DNA from: Octopus sinensis
Lineage: Eukaryota
Direction of reading: 5' to 3'
Assembly: GCF_006345805.1 (NCBI RefSeq)
Contig: NC_043010.1
Span: 62,992,001-63,056,000 of the forward strand
Length of the DNA: 64,000 nucleotides
Position numbers and translations under genes: made by a program. Numbering within the stretch: the first letter of the stretch is position 1; each line of letters starts with the position of its first letter. The notes under the pieces are model-generated. The model was not told where the DNA came from. It saw only the letters and a list, made by a program, of their open reading frames with translations, and ran no database searches. Shown piece after piece: positions 27,945 through 40,565 of this stretch.

Positions 27945-27989
<45 letters not shown>

Positions 27990-28249
27990 CATAAATAGAT
28001 GGATAGATAAAGAGAAAGGGAAGTACACAGATACACAGAGATAAAAATATAGATAGAACAATGGATAGATGGAGAGAGAGAGAGGGGGAGAGAGAGGGAG
28101 AGAGAAATAGATAGACAGACAGATATAGGGATAGATGGACTGATAGAAAGATAGATCAAACATGCTTATTGTGAATATATTTTGTTTACATAAATACCAC
28201 ACATATATTGTATGTATAAATCTTATTTTATTATACATAAATGTGTTAT

Positions 28250-28289
<40 letters not shown>

Positions 28290-28869
28290 GTAATTAAACA
28301 ATTAATTCATTATTAAGTTAGAATTATTCAAAGAATACATTTGTATACAATGAATATTAAATGGATAAATAGTGGGGTGAGTATAGAGTATGGAGGGAGA
28401 GAGAATAGGGATTTTGAGGGTAAAAGGGAATTTGAATGGAAGGGAAAATAAAGGGTTTGAGGGGGCACTACAGCAATGCAAAAGTCTTCTACTTTTTATT
28501 TCAAGTATATCACCACCCACCCACCCACCCCCTGATCTGCCTCACACACACACAGACACACACCCACCCAGACGCAGAACCAATGTAAAGTTAGTTCGTT
28601 AAACACAGCAAATCACAAATCAAAATGTTATTTATCAGAATTTAAAAAAAAAGAAAAGAGAAAAAAAAAACTCCAATAAAATAAAATAAAATAAAGAAGA
28701 AAAAAAAAGGTGGGAGGGAGAGAAACAAAATAATGGTGTCCGAAGAATGCAGTAAATATTTCCAGCCGAGATTCTCTGCGATGTTCCATGGTGGATGGAA
28801 TCAGTTTATTGTTTACTTTGGGATGTTGTCTGTCTGTGTGTCTGCAAATTAAGGGTTATGGAAGCAAAT

Positions 28870-29270
28870 CATCATCATTCATCATTGTTCGACCGTGGTC
28901 GAGACAATGGAATTTACCATGCTACGCCAGACCTCACAGTCCATCATGGCATTACGGAGGTCCTGTTGCTGGATGCCTGTATCCCTGGAGATTACATCAG
29001 GGTAGGAGAGTGTGTGCCCTCTGGTATTGCGAGTAGATGGCTTCCAGAGGAGAAGAGTAGAAATTACTTCTTTTTCAGCTCTACAACAATGTCCAGCAAA
29101 CTGGACTCTCCTACCTTTCACAAGAGATGACACAGGTGGTAGTTTCCCATATATTTGCATTTTGGTTGGATGGCGCTTCCACGAGAGATTTTGAGCTCTC
29201 ATAAGGAGGTGAGTGTAGGTTCCATCCAACCGCCTCTCAGGCTTCTTTGATAGCGTCCAGGTTTCTGGAA
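28870..29270 (-). mobile_element. RTE-clade LINE 3' fragment
   Basis: ETWTL...LDG.YT.LL...SW...RR.QFAGHC.R C-terminal RTE pattern followed by a (GAT)n tail. Confidence 0.8.
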
Positions 29271-29640
29271 GCAAATACAAGGTGGACAGTTCAACTGTTA
29301 ACAATCCTTCTTCTCATATTTGAAACATTTTTTATTTTGATTACAATTTAATGACTTGTACTAGCTTTGTGTATTTTATTTAATTTTAAAGTATTTAATT
29401 ATTTAAGTATTATTTTATTTTTCACTTATGTATATTTAGGATTTTCTGTGCCGGTGGCACGTAAAAAACACCCACTACACTCATGGAGTGGTTGGCGTTA
29501 GGAAGGGCAACCAGCTGTAGAAACACTGCCAGATCAGACTGGAGCCTGGTGCAGCCTTCTGGCTTCCCAGATCCCCGGTCGAACTGTCCAACCCATGCTA
29601 GCATGGAAAACGGACGTTAAACGATGATGATGATGATGAT

Positions 29641-30365
29641 ATATATATTAAAGTATATTTATTAATTAATTATTTTATTATTCTAGTTTATTTTTAACCT
29701 GATGAGCGACTATATTTATATCAAAGTGATTTCTCTTGCTACTATAATCATTTCTTAAATATAGTTGCGAAACATGTGTCGTTTTTCTACCTATTATATA
29801 CGTTTTTATTATTATTTTTGCAATTTACTTAATTTTACATTTTATTGTTACTTTAATTTAAACTTTTCTATTATATGTAATTTTCTAGATGGTGTAATTT
29901 AATTGTTCATTTTGAATTGATAAAGGGTGGTTTTTTTCTAATTTTTTATATATATATGTTATATTGTGTGAAATTTGATTTAGTATTTCTAAATTGAAAT
30001 TTTTTCCTTGTAAGTTTGGATTTTATTCCCTCGAATAATAATTATTATTATATTATATTTATAACTAACGTTTCTGAGAAATTACCCTCATTATCGTCAG
30101 TTATGGAACTTACAGGTAAAATAGAACCACTCTTTTGGAATTCATCATTGAAGGATATTCCTATACCATCTAGAAAAGAATATATTTTATTATATGTAAT
30201 TTTCTAGATGGTGTAATTTAATTGTTCATTTTGAATTAATAAAAGGTGATTTTTTTTCTAATTTTTTATATATATATATTATATTGTGTGAAATTTGATT
30301 TAGTATTTCTAAATTGAATTTTTTTCCTTGGAAGTTTGGATTTTATTCCCTCAATTAATAATTAC

Positions 30366-30367
<2 letters not shown>
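29641..30367 (+). mobile_element. Penelope-like element terminal repeat remnant (hammerhead, leader intron, truncated ORF start, partial tandem duplication)
   Basis: Hammerhead; GTAAGT (30010)...CTAAC (30065)...CAG (30100) intron; ATG at 30103 giving MELTGKIEPLFWNSSLKDIPIPSRKEYI; about 180 bp (29870-30047) repeated at about 30190-30367. Confidence 0.7.
29696..29783 (+). ncRNA. Type I hammerhead ribozyme with intact core
   Basis: AAC-CTGATGA-GCGACTATATTTA...TAAATATAGTTGC-GAAAC-ATGT-GTC-GTT: 13-bp stem II, palindromic stem III, GUC cleavage triplet (after 29780). Stem I is only 3 bp. Confidence 0.8.
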
Positions 30368-30396
<29 letters not shown>

Positions 30397-31126
30397 TATA
30401 TATATACATATTTATATATTAATATATATATATATATATTTTAACATACCTGTGTACTTACATACCTACACACACACACACACACACACACATACATTTG
30501 AGTGAACAAACCAAAAGGAAGTAGCACTCAACACATTTGGTTGGAGTTACATCTGACAAGGTGGACATATCCTACATCCACGAAACTCTAAGTAATGCGG
30601 AACTGAGGTTAGACTCTTATTAAATACACATACATACGTGTGCATACACGTGCACATGCGCATATGCATGCGTGTATGTGTGTGTGCATGTTTATGAAAG
30701 CTATGAGAATCTCAGGCTGGTGATGCTTCTGTTGTTCTTCTTCGTCCGTCACCATCCGAAATGCTGTGTACCAATGATTGGTCAGTTGGTAGCCTGTTGC
30801 CAACGGTGAGATTGTTTATCAGACGTGATATCAAATAAATAAAAATATAATGTATAATGTATCTGTACCTATGTCTGTTACAGATAGATATATGTAGGTG
30901 TGTGTATAATCTATACGTACATACAATTTATATCTATATATCTATAGATGCATGTGTATGTATATACATACATGTATGTATGTATTTATATATATATATA
31001 ATACACATAAATAGAATGTATGTGTATATACATGTGTGTATACATATCTATACATATATACATACACACACACAGGCATGTATATATATATATACACACA
31101 CACACAAACTCATATATATATATATG

Positions 31127-31182
<56 letters not shown>

Positions 31183-31291
31183 GTTTGACAAGTACCTATT
31201 GCATGTTTTTCTGGCCAGGGAGAGATTCCTGGCCATTAGTCCACTATCTTCTAGAAGATTCCCAGTCCAGTTCCGACCGGTTTCAACCAGT

Positions 31292-32372
31292 TCAAAGTTG
31301 TTTATATACCATTTCATTGTCCAACATTTTACTGTTGCTAGTGTTGTTGTTGTTGTTGTTGTTGTTATTGTAGCTGTTATTGTTGTTGTTTCCAGTGTTG
31401 TTGTGATGCGGATGATGATGATGCGGGTGGTGATGGGGCTGCGGGTTGTGTGCATGCTGTTGTTGTTGTTGTTGCTGCTGCTGCTGTTGTTGTTGTTGTT
31501 GGTGGTGATGGTGGTGTGGCTGTTGATGAGGGTGGTGGGTGTTGCTGTTGTTGTTGTTGTTGTTGTTATTGTTACTGTTGTTGTTGTTGTTATTGTTGTG
31601 GTGGTGGTTATTGTTGTTCTGGTTGTTGTTGTTGTAGCTGCTGTTTGCGCCAGCAGCCATTTGTTCAACGAGGTGCGTCTTTTCATGGCATTTGAGCAAC
31701 GATTTGTACATGTAGACTTTCCCGCACAGGTTGCAACTGAGTGGTTTGTCGTTCACATGGCGCTTCATGTGGGTCTGTAGGTTCCCCTTCTGGCTGAACG
31801 CCCGCATGCACACGCTGCACGCAAACGGTTTGTCGCCCGTGTGGCGTCGCATGTGCACCTGAAGGTTCCCCTTCTGACTGAACGATTTGTTACACACAGA
31901 GCACTTAAAGGGTTTCTCCCCCGTGTGGGTGCGACTGTGGCAGCGGAGACTCGACACCTGGGAAAACGACTTCGGACACTGGTCACATGAGAACGGCTTT
32001 GCCCCGGTATGGATCCTCTGGTGGTTGATTAGCGACATCTTCTGCGAGAACACCTTCTCGCATATGTTACAGGTAAATGTTTTTAGTGATGACGCTGACG
32101 GATGCGACGACTGCCGGTGTCGCTTCAACTGGTCGTAGAGTGGAAATACTTGATCGCAAGCTTCACAAGGGAACTGTCTCCCCAGGGGAAACTGGGGTGA
32201 CTGCATGCAGAACATCACACCAGGGACCTGATTGGTGGTGTTGGTGGTGCTTGTCGTGGTGGTGGTCGTCGTCGTGCCTGGAGTGGCACCAGTGGTGGCT
32301 CTGTTTGTGTACCCCATCATCTCCTGGCCCTGATTCAGCATCAACTGTCTGCTGTTTGGCTTTTGGGAGATC
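31292..32372 (-). CDS. C2H2 zinc-finger transcription factor, main coding exon (6 fingers, N/Q/H-rich tail; about 360 aa if joined to the upstream AT)
   Basis: Six Cx2Cx12Hx3-4H motifs with TGAKP/TGEKP/TGDKP linkers (e.g. FKCSVCNKSFSQKGNLQVHMRRH). Frame stays open to an acceptor TTGTTTTTGCAG|G at 32373/32372; TGA stop at 31294-31292. Confidence 0.93.
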
Positions 32373-32806
32373 CTGCAAAAACAACAACAATGACAAATAA
32401 ATAAATAGATAAATAAATATGATGGAAGTGGTGGCTGTCATGCAGGTAGTGGCAAAAATATACAGATTGTTTGTTGGAAGGATTGACTAACTACTGCGGT
32501 TTCAAAAAGTAACCCTAAACTCAATCACTAAAACCATTTACTGAAGAGGGCTAATAAGGTAGAAACATGTCCAGAGGAGTTGCTTCCCTTATTTACCTGA
32601 TTAATTAAAATAATATTAGACATTCATTCACATTGGGGTTTTTTTTCCACAATGCATAATTGTGCATTATATACTTAATAAACTGCAGGGACCGATGTGT
32701 ACACACACACACACATATGTAAATATCAATATAGCATAAGTTTAGTAATGATGATGATGAATATTTTATAAATATTACATATATTATAGATGTTATATAT
32801 ATGTAG

Positions 32807-32849
<43 letters not shown>

Positions 32850-33350
32850 TGCAGGAGTGGCTGTGTGGTAGGTAGCTTGTTTACCAACCACATGGTTCCT
32901 GGTTCAGTCCCACTGTGTGGCACCTTGGGCAAGTGTCTTCTACTATAGCCTTGGGCCGACCAAAGTCATGATGTATGTGTGTGTATATGTTTGTGTGTCT
33001 GTGTTTGTCCCCCAACATCGCTTGAGAAACCAATGCTCGTGTATTTATGTCCCTGTAACTTAGCAGTTCGAGAAAAGAGACTGATAGAATAAGTACTAGG
33101 CTTCCAAAGAATAAGTCCTGGGGTCAAGTTGCTCAACTAAAGGTGGTGCTCCAGCATGGCCACAGGCAAATGACTAAAACAACTAAAGGAATAAAAGAAT
33201 AAAAGAATATATATATATATATATATATACATATTGTACATATATTAAAGATGTCATACATTACATGTTTGTATATATATATATATATATTATATTATAT
33301 ATACAAATTATATGTAATATGATTATGCATGTACAACAAAGTGCAAATGT

Positions 33351-33484
33351 ACAGTTCTATATTTAAGAGATGAGGAATTATACACATTATCTATATTATT
33401 TACATGTGCCCACGGGCATATAGTGTAGTGGTTAAGAGCATGGGCTACTAACCCTAAGATTCTGAGTTCGATTCCAGGCAGTGA

Positions 33485-33529
<45 letters not shown>

Positions 33530-33707
33530 TAATAATAATAATAATGATAATAACAACAACAACAACGAAAACTACCTTAGGAATGAGAACCCAGTTCAAA
33601 ATTTCCCCAAGACACCTGATGAAGGCTGGAAGGTATATCAGCCGAAATGTTGTGTTAACAACAAACAAGATGAGGACAAATATTCGTTGAATGTAAATAA
33701 TATAAAA
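33351..33707 (+). mobile_element. tRNA-headed SINE-like element with minimal hammerhead ribozyme and inverted 5' tail (copy 2)
   Basis: A box TAGTGTAGTGG and B box GAGTTCGATTC in a tRNA-like head from about 33414, (AAT)n spacer, hammerhead 33611-33656, upstream inverted copy of the 3' end, and flanking TGCAAATGT duplication (33342-33350, 33708-33716). Confidence 0.8.
33611..33656 (+). ncRNA. Minimal type I hammerhead ribozyme (PLE-type), slightly decayed
   Basis: GACAC-CTGATGA(A)-GGCTG[loop]CAGCC-GAAA-TGTT-GTGTT. Stems I and II pair; stem III is reduced (ancestral state probably GAAACGTT). Confidence 0.7.
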
Positions 33708-34559
33708 TGCAAATGTGTTAAGGGAAAAACTGGGTATAAGAGAGGAATCTGATTTCATTTGTAAGAGGGTAATGTGTGCTGTTTATGCGTATGGAAAGGA
33801 GAGCGGCATAAAGAAATAGCAAGCAGTAAATGTGGATAAAGCATGTGGAAGATGTGGGGAGTGGGGGTGCCAAGTAGTGAAGGTGTTGAGTTGACGGTGC
33901 AAATTGTCGTTTTTGACTACTGGAAGCCCCGTCACTTCCTCTGGCCTTACGTTCTGACTTCAAATACCACTGGGGTTGACTTTGTCTTTCATCCTCCTGG
34001 GGTTAATAAAATAAGTACCAGTTGGGCACTGGGGTTGACGCTATAGACACCCCCCCCCAACTGCTGGCCTTGTGGCAAAATTTGAAACCAGTATGTAATG
34101 ATGCGTTATGTCTAGTATTATGCCCAATATTATAGCATAATGTAGAGCACTCAGCAAAGTGCATCCGAGACCCAAGAGAGGAGCTGCAGGGATGCATCGA
34201 CCAAAGTATGTTGTGTTAGAAACTGAGAGAAAAGGAAAAAAATCATGGTGGAGTTGTAATTTCCATCGGTGAAGATGTCCTACATGTGTTGGTCCTGCTG
34301 TCATATTGGAACTCTGTCTGACCCACACAAATTGCAGAGATATGACAATGTGGAATTGTCTTTTGAACCATGTATCACCCATCAGATGCTCCAAATCATA
34401 TTGATAAGTTTGAACACTGCCTCATAAAAAATCTAAGTTGTATCCCCAATAAAAATAGGATTCATTTGGGAGACTTCAGCTGACCCAATGTCAGTTGGCC
34501 CAGGAGTCACACACCCTCAGGAATGTCACTGAATCAATAAAAGCAAGCAGAATCCCTAC

Positions 34560-35770
34560 TTTGCTTTTGTGACAAGCTGTTTATGGAGTAAATGACAAAG
34601 ATGACAATTTTCTGGGCTTCTATTTCATAACAAATAATAGGGAATTCATCTCATGATGTGAAGGAGACACTGACAATTTTGTCTTGGATTAGACCATAAT
34701 GGTGCTGACTGTGTGTGATTTAAAGGAAACCACACACATGTATCCTACAAAGGGAACCATGTCTCTTTAAACTTTCACAAAGCAAACAGGAAACTGATAC
34801 AGAAAAAGATTCTTAAACAGAAAAGTCTCTCCACACATGAGAATGATGTCAGATTTAAGAAATTTATGTTAATAATGTTGGCCATACACAGAGAAAAAAT
34901 GTTAATAATGCGAGCCGTATACATGAAATTTGTCTCAGAGAAAAAAGACCAACTTACATAAAAATATTATTCCCAGGGAAAGTTCTGACGAGATGAACAA
35001 AAATTGCAAACCACTTTAATATTCCCAGAAGAATCCCTATTTAAAGGGATACTTCTGGGAACTGAGAATAAGTTCAAACATTTCCATAAAAAAAAATAAG
35101 CGGCAAAGGAATTCAAACCAGCAGAAAATGGAAAAATAAACTTTAAAATTTACTTAAAATTTGCTAAAAAAAAACAGTACAAGATAGGACCATTCATCCA
35201 AGAAAATGGGTTCCCTGATTAGGAACCCCAAAAGGGCAAGCGAAATACTGAATGAACAATGATTTCTGTCTCCCCTTTGGAACACATGCACATCAGCAGA
35301 CCAGAAGAATTCTTGGTTGCCACAACTAGATACAGCAAAACGACAAGGATTGATTACATCAACATTAAAGAGAAGGGGGATATAATATGAGCCATAGATG
35401 AAATGACCCTAATTTCAGGTACTGGCTCCAGTAGGTAGGTTCCTAGCAACCCTTCTAAAAACACGCAAATGGGTCCTAGCAAAACCATTGCCACTTCTTG
35501 AGAACTTCTTTGCAAGCAGTGAGCTACTAAACAAGTTAAAGGAAGGAATAATGTCCTATTCCTAAAGGAGAAAGCAGAACCCAGGCCTGACTCTCTGACC
35601 CCCGACTCTACATATGAACAAAGGGAAGAACAAAGGGAAACTGATTGTATCCCAAACAGAAAACAAATTGCTAAATGACATCCAGTTTGGTTTTTGACCA
35701 GGAAAAGTTGCAGCTGGGTGCTGAGAAACTTGTTTAAGCACTCAATCTGGATGTAATAAACCTTGACTCT
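34560..35770 (+). mobile_element. Highly decayed CR1/L2-group LINE ORF2 remnant
   Basis: Broken motifs AIDEM, LAKPL, RP.SLT and LLNDIQFGF.PG typical of the region upstream of the RT domain. Confidence 0.5.
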
Positions 35771-35782
35771 ACAACAGTTTAA

Positions 35783-36002
35783 CCCTTTCGTTACCAACCT
35801 GGCTGAAACCGGCTCTGGCTCTGAGTACAAATGTCTTGTTTTCATGAGTTTTGAATTAAAATCTTCCACCAAACCTTAGTCACAATTTATGTTCCTAACA
35901 TTAACTTAATGATAACTAAGCTATTTTACTAAATTCTTTGTTATATTTAAAGTAATTGAAAGAAATGCAGAGCATCTCAAAATAAATACAGTAATGAAAG
36001 GG
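35783..36002. mobile_element. piggyBac-like MITE, same family, reversed (partial copy about 22510-22640)
   Basis: TTAA-CCCTTTCGTTACC ... GTAATGAAAGGG-TTAA. Confidence 0.82.
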
Positions 36003-38097
36003 TTAAAGTTGGTCATAGTATGATCTGGCACAAACTGTGGGATCTTGGCATTGTAGGAAACAGGAGAATGGCTACATGGCTTTATGAAAGTCAGTTGCAG
36101 CCGAAGAGGCTCTCTCTTAGAAAACATTAAGAGTAAGAGGAGTTCGTCAAAGAATTGTCCTGAGGCCACTGTTGTTCATAGTGGGGCTCACACAGATATA
36201 CTCTCAGTTATACAGGCAACCATTTTCATGAGTCCTGTAATCATCATCATCGTTTAACATCCGTTTAACGTCCGTTTTCCGCGCTAGCACGGGTTGGATG
36301 GTTCGACCGGGGTCTGGGAAGCCAGGGGCTGCACCAGGCTCCAGTCTAATCTGGCAGTATTTCTACAGCTGGATGCCCTTCCTAACGCCAACCACTCTGC
36401 GAGTGTAGTGGGTGCTTTTTATGTGCCACTGGCACAGGTGCCAGGGGAGTCTGGCATCGGCCACGATCGGATGGTGCTTTTAACGTGCCACGAAAATACT
36501 AGATTGAGAAAAAAGTTTGTGCACCATGTTTAAATAATGATTTTTTATGCAAGAATTTATTAGAAAACAACAACTATGCTTCAAAACATGGTACATGAAC
36601 TTTTTCCTCAACCTAATAACGCAGACAATAAAGAACCCTGGTGATAACTCCTTACTTGCAACAAAACTACTTAAATATTTTATACAAATAGGATGAAGAC
36701 AACAATATGCAATTTAACATGTCAGGTACCACTTGTGGTTCATCACAAACATCACCCAGGAGGTGGTGAGCTGGCAGAACCATTAGCACGCCAGGCGAAA
36801 AGCTTAGCGGTATTTCGTTTGCCGTTACGTTTTGAGTTCAAATTCTGCTGAGGTCAACTTTGGCTTTCATCCTTTCAGGGTCGATTAAAGAAGTACCAGT
36901 TATGCACTGGGGTCGATATAATCGACTTAATCCATTTGTCTGTCCTTGTTTGTCCCCTCTGTGTGTGTAGCCCCTTGTGGGTAGTAAAGAAATAGGTATT
37001 TTGTTTGCTGTTACGTTCTGAGTTCAAATTCCGCCGAGGTTGACTTTGCCTTTCATCCTTTCGGGGTGGATAAATTAAGTACCAGTTACGCACTGGGGTC
37101 GATGTAATCAACTTAATCTCCTTGTCTGTCTTTGTTTGTCCCCTATGTGTTTAGCCTGTTGTGGGCAATAAAGAAATAACAAACATTACCCAGTTGCCAG
37201 TAACAAGCCATGGCAGTTGAAATGTTGGTAAATTTTACCCCACCCCTCCATCCTTTGCTGTCTTGAGTCAAAACCCGTTAGAGCAACACTTTAGGTTTCA
37301 ACGGCCCACAGCTTTTCAATATTCCGTCAAAAAGCCTGAGAAATCAACATGGTGTGAATGTCAATGCTTTTGAGAGATAACTGGTCATCCTATTGACGGG
37401 AATAAACCTACCTAACGACAAGGAATGCAAATGACGACAATCAGCATCAAACTTGCTCGTTAACCAAAAAAAAATCAAGCAAAAGGAGGGGGGGGGGCTT
37501 AGTAAAAGTAGCTACAACAACAGCAATGCTCCAGCATGGCAAACAGCTTACAGGTTGAAATGGGTAAAAATGCATATATGGGGAGACACAGGTATACCTT
37601 CAAGGTGCCATCAAGTTTGTGTAAGAGAGTATAAGGACAGAGGATAATATAGGAAATATGTGTGTGGTAAGTAGCTTGCTTACCAACCACATGGTTCCAG
37701 GTTCAGTCCCACTGCGTGGCACGTTGGGCAAGTGTCTTCTACTATAGCATCGGGCCAATCAAAGCCTTGTGAGTGGATTTGGTAGACGGAAACTGAAAGA
37801 AGCCCGTCGTATATATGTATATGTCATATATATGTGTGTGTGTATATGTTTGTGTGTCTGTGTTTGTCCCCCCCCCCAACATCGCTTGACAACCGATACT
37901 GGTGTTTTTACGTCCCCGTAACTTAGCTTGGCAAAAGAGGCCGATAGAAAAAGTACTAGGCTTACAAAGAATAAGTCCTGGGGTCAATTTGCTCGACTAA
38001 AGGCAGTACTCCAGCATGGCCACAGTCAAATGAGTGAAACAAGTAAAAGAGTAAAGAGTAAAAGAGTACATATATATATATATATATATGATATATA

Positions 38098-38322
38098 CAG
38101 GGTGGGCCAAAAGTCATTTACAACGTAGGTTTAATATACACTGGAATTGTCAAAGACAAGCTTCAGTTTTTCTAGAATTGAATAAAATAAAGAAGGATGA
38201 GAATACACATGTCCTTGTATATGATGAACAAAATGAATAATAATTATTATTATTATAATAATAGCTAACAGAAAATAAATAAAATGTGAAATGTTTTGGT
38301 GCGTGACTTTTGGTCCACACTG
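38098..38322. mobile_element. Tc1/mariner-type MITE
   Basis: TIRs CAGGGTGGGCCAAAAGTCA / TGACTTTTGGTCCACACTG with TA on both sides. Confidence 0.75.
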
Positions 38323-39158
38323 TATGTATGATAAACTAAATAAATACCAGTCGAGCCCTGGAGTTGATGTAATCTGCTTAGGTAGTCATGAGTAATAGCT
38401 TAAGAAAACTGCACCTCTCTGCTGAGACATGTTGAGTGTGCCAGGGTGCCAGAGTGGGCTCACCAAACTAGTGTGGCCTCAACACCAGACAGAGGTTGAT
38501 GGAGAGAACATGCCGAGGTCTTCATCTTGCTGTGAAGGGAACATAGGCAATGCAATCCAATCTAACACACACACACACACACACATATATATGAGTGTAT
38601 GTATATGTATATACTCACACACATATATGCATACACACAAACACACACACACATACATACACACAAACACACACACACGTAAATACACAAACACACGCAC
38701 ACACACACTCATATATACGTGTCTGTGTGTGTGTGCATGCGTGTATGTGTGCATGTGTGTGTGTGCATGCATGTATGTGTACATGTGTGTATGTGTGCAT
38801 GTGTATGCATGTGTGTGCATGCGTGTATGTGTACGTGCATATGTATGTGTGCAGGAATGTGGCTTAGTGGTTAGAGTGTTGAACCCAAGATTGTAAAATT
38901 GCAGTTTCAATTCCTGGACCAGACAACACATTGTGTTCTTGAGCAAGATACTTCATTTCATGTTGCTCCAGTCCCCATCAGCTGGCAAAAATGAGGAATG
39001 CTGGGACGGATCGGCGTCCTGTCTGGGACAGGGGTTGGAAATATATGTTCCACAGAATTCAGGAAATCCCAAACTTATGAGCCTATGGTTCAGGAGTGAC
39101 CCTTCATCATACTTTTGAAATACATACAAAACATACCTATATATCTATATACATATAA

Positions 39159-39213
<55 letters not shown>

Positions 39214-39413
39214 CTCTTTTCTCTTTTACTTGTTTCAGTCATTTGACTGTGGCCATGCTGGAGCACCGCCTTTAGTCGAGCAAATCGACCCCGGGACTTA
39301 TTCTTTGTAAGCCCAGTACTTATTCTACCGGTCTCTTTTGCCGAACCGCTAAATGACGGGGACGTAAACACACAAGCATCGGTTGTCAAGCAATGCTAGG
39401 GGGACAAACACAC

Positions 39414-39469
<56 letters not shown>

Positions 39470-39632
39470 TACGACAGGCTTCTTTCAGTTTCCGTCTACC
39501 AAATCCACTCACAAGGCATTGGTCGGCCCGGGGCTATAGCAGAAGACACTTGCCCAAGATGCCACGCAGTGGGACTGAACCCGGAACCATGTGGTTGGTT
39601 AGCAAGCTACTTACCACACAGCCACTCCTGCG

Positions 39633-39674
<42 letters not shown>

Positions 39675-39676
39675 AT

Positions 39677-39870
39677 GTTAGTTAGTTAGTTAATTTTTTG
39701 GCTCAAAAAGCAAAAAGCAAGGCCATGTAGGGGGACATGGAGTTATGTACAGAGTGGTGTTCATGTAAAGAGTTCAGGCCATTTGTGGTCAAGGGAGACT
39801 TTGAACCGAGCGGTCGTTGGCATCTTCACTATCTCGTCCGGTAGCTTATTCCACAGATCCGCAACCCGGA
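39677..39870 (-). mobile_element. CR1-group LINE extreme 3' end
   Basis: RVADLWNKLPDEIV...TARFKVSLD followed by a (TAAC)n tail. Confidence 0.7.
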
Positions 39871-39911
39871 TATATATATATATATATTTATATATAAATT
39901 GTAGTTGTGAT

Positions 39912-40565
39912 ACCTGTGCCGGTGGCATGTAAAATGCACCATCCAAACGTGACCGATGCCAGTGCCGCCTTGACGGGTGTTATGCCGGTGGCACGTAAAA
40001 AGCACCCACTACACTCACAGAGTGGTTGGCGTTAGGAAGGGCATCCAGCTGTAGAAACACTGCCAGATCAGACTGGAGCCTGGTGCAGCCTCCTGGCTTC
40101 TCAGACCATGCTAGCATGGAAAACTGACGTTAAACGATGATGATGATGATGATGATGATGATATATATATCATTATCATCATCATCATCATCATCATCGT
40201 TTAGCGTCCATTTTCCATGCTACCATGGGTTGGATGGTTCTACTGGGGTCTGTGAAGCCGGAAGGCTTCATCAGGCCCAGTCAGATCTGGCAGTGTTTCT
40301 ACGGCTGGATGCCCTTCCTAACGCCAACCACTCCGTGAGTGTAGTGGGTGCTTTTTACGTGCCACCCGCACAGGTGCCAGACAGAGCTGGCAAACGGCCA
40401 CGAACGGATGGTGCTTTTTATGTGCCACCGGCACGAGGGCCAGGCGAGGCTGGCAACAGACATCAACGGATGGTGCTTTTTACGTGCCACCGGCACGAGG
40501 CCAGTTGGGGCGGCGCTAGCAATAGTCGCGAAACGGAAGGTTCTCTTACATGCCACCGGCACTGG
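39912..40565. mobile_element. Two 5'-truncated RTE 3'UTR copies, tail-to-tail (other copies at about 6475-6662, 11320-11475, 20590-20677, 29446-29640, 36240-36490, 40925-41298, 43420-43742, 52120-52217)
   Basis: Shared GGTTGGCGTTAGGAAGGGCATCCAGC...CATGCTAGCATGGAAAA..GACGTTAAAC(GAT)n. Confidence 0.85.

Noticed and set aside
30857-31780. 307-aa plus-strand ORF and 212-aa minus-strand ORF overlapping the zinc-finger tail
   Set aside because: Shadow frames of trinucleotide and (TA)n repeats.
31292-32372. Assigning a named ortholog (glass, snail, Kruppel etc.)
   Set aside because: Finger sequences do not match the families I can recall; probably part of the lineage-specific C2H2 expansion.
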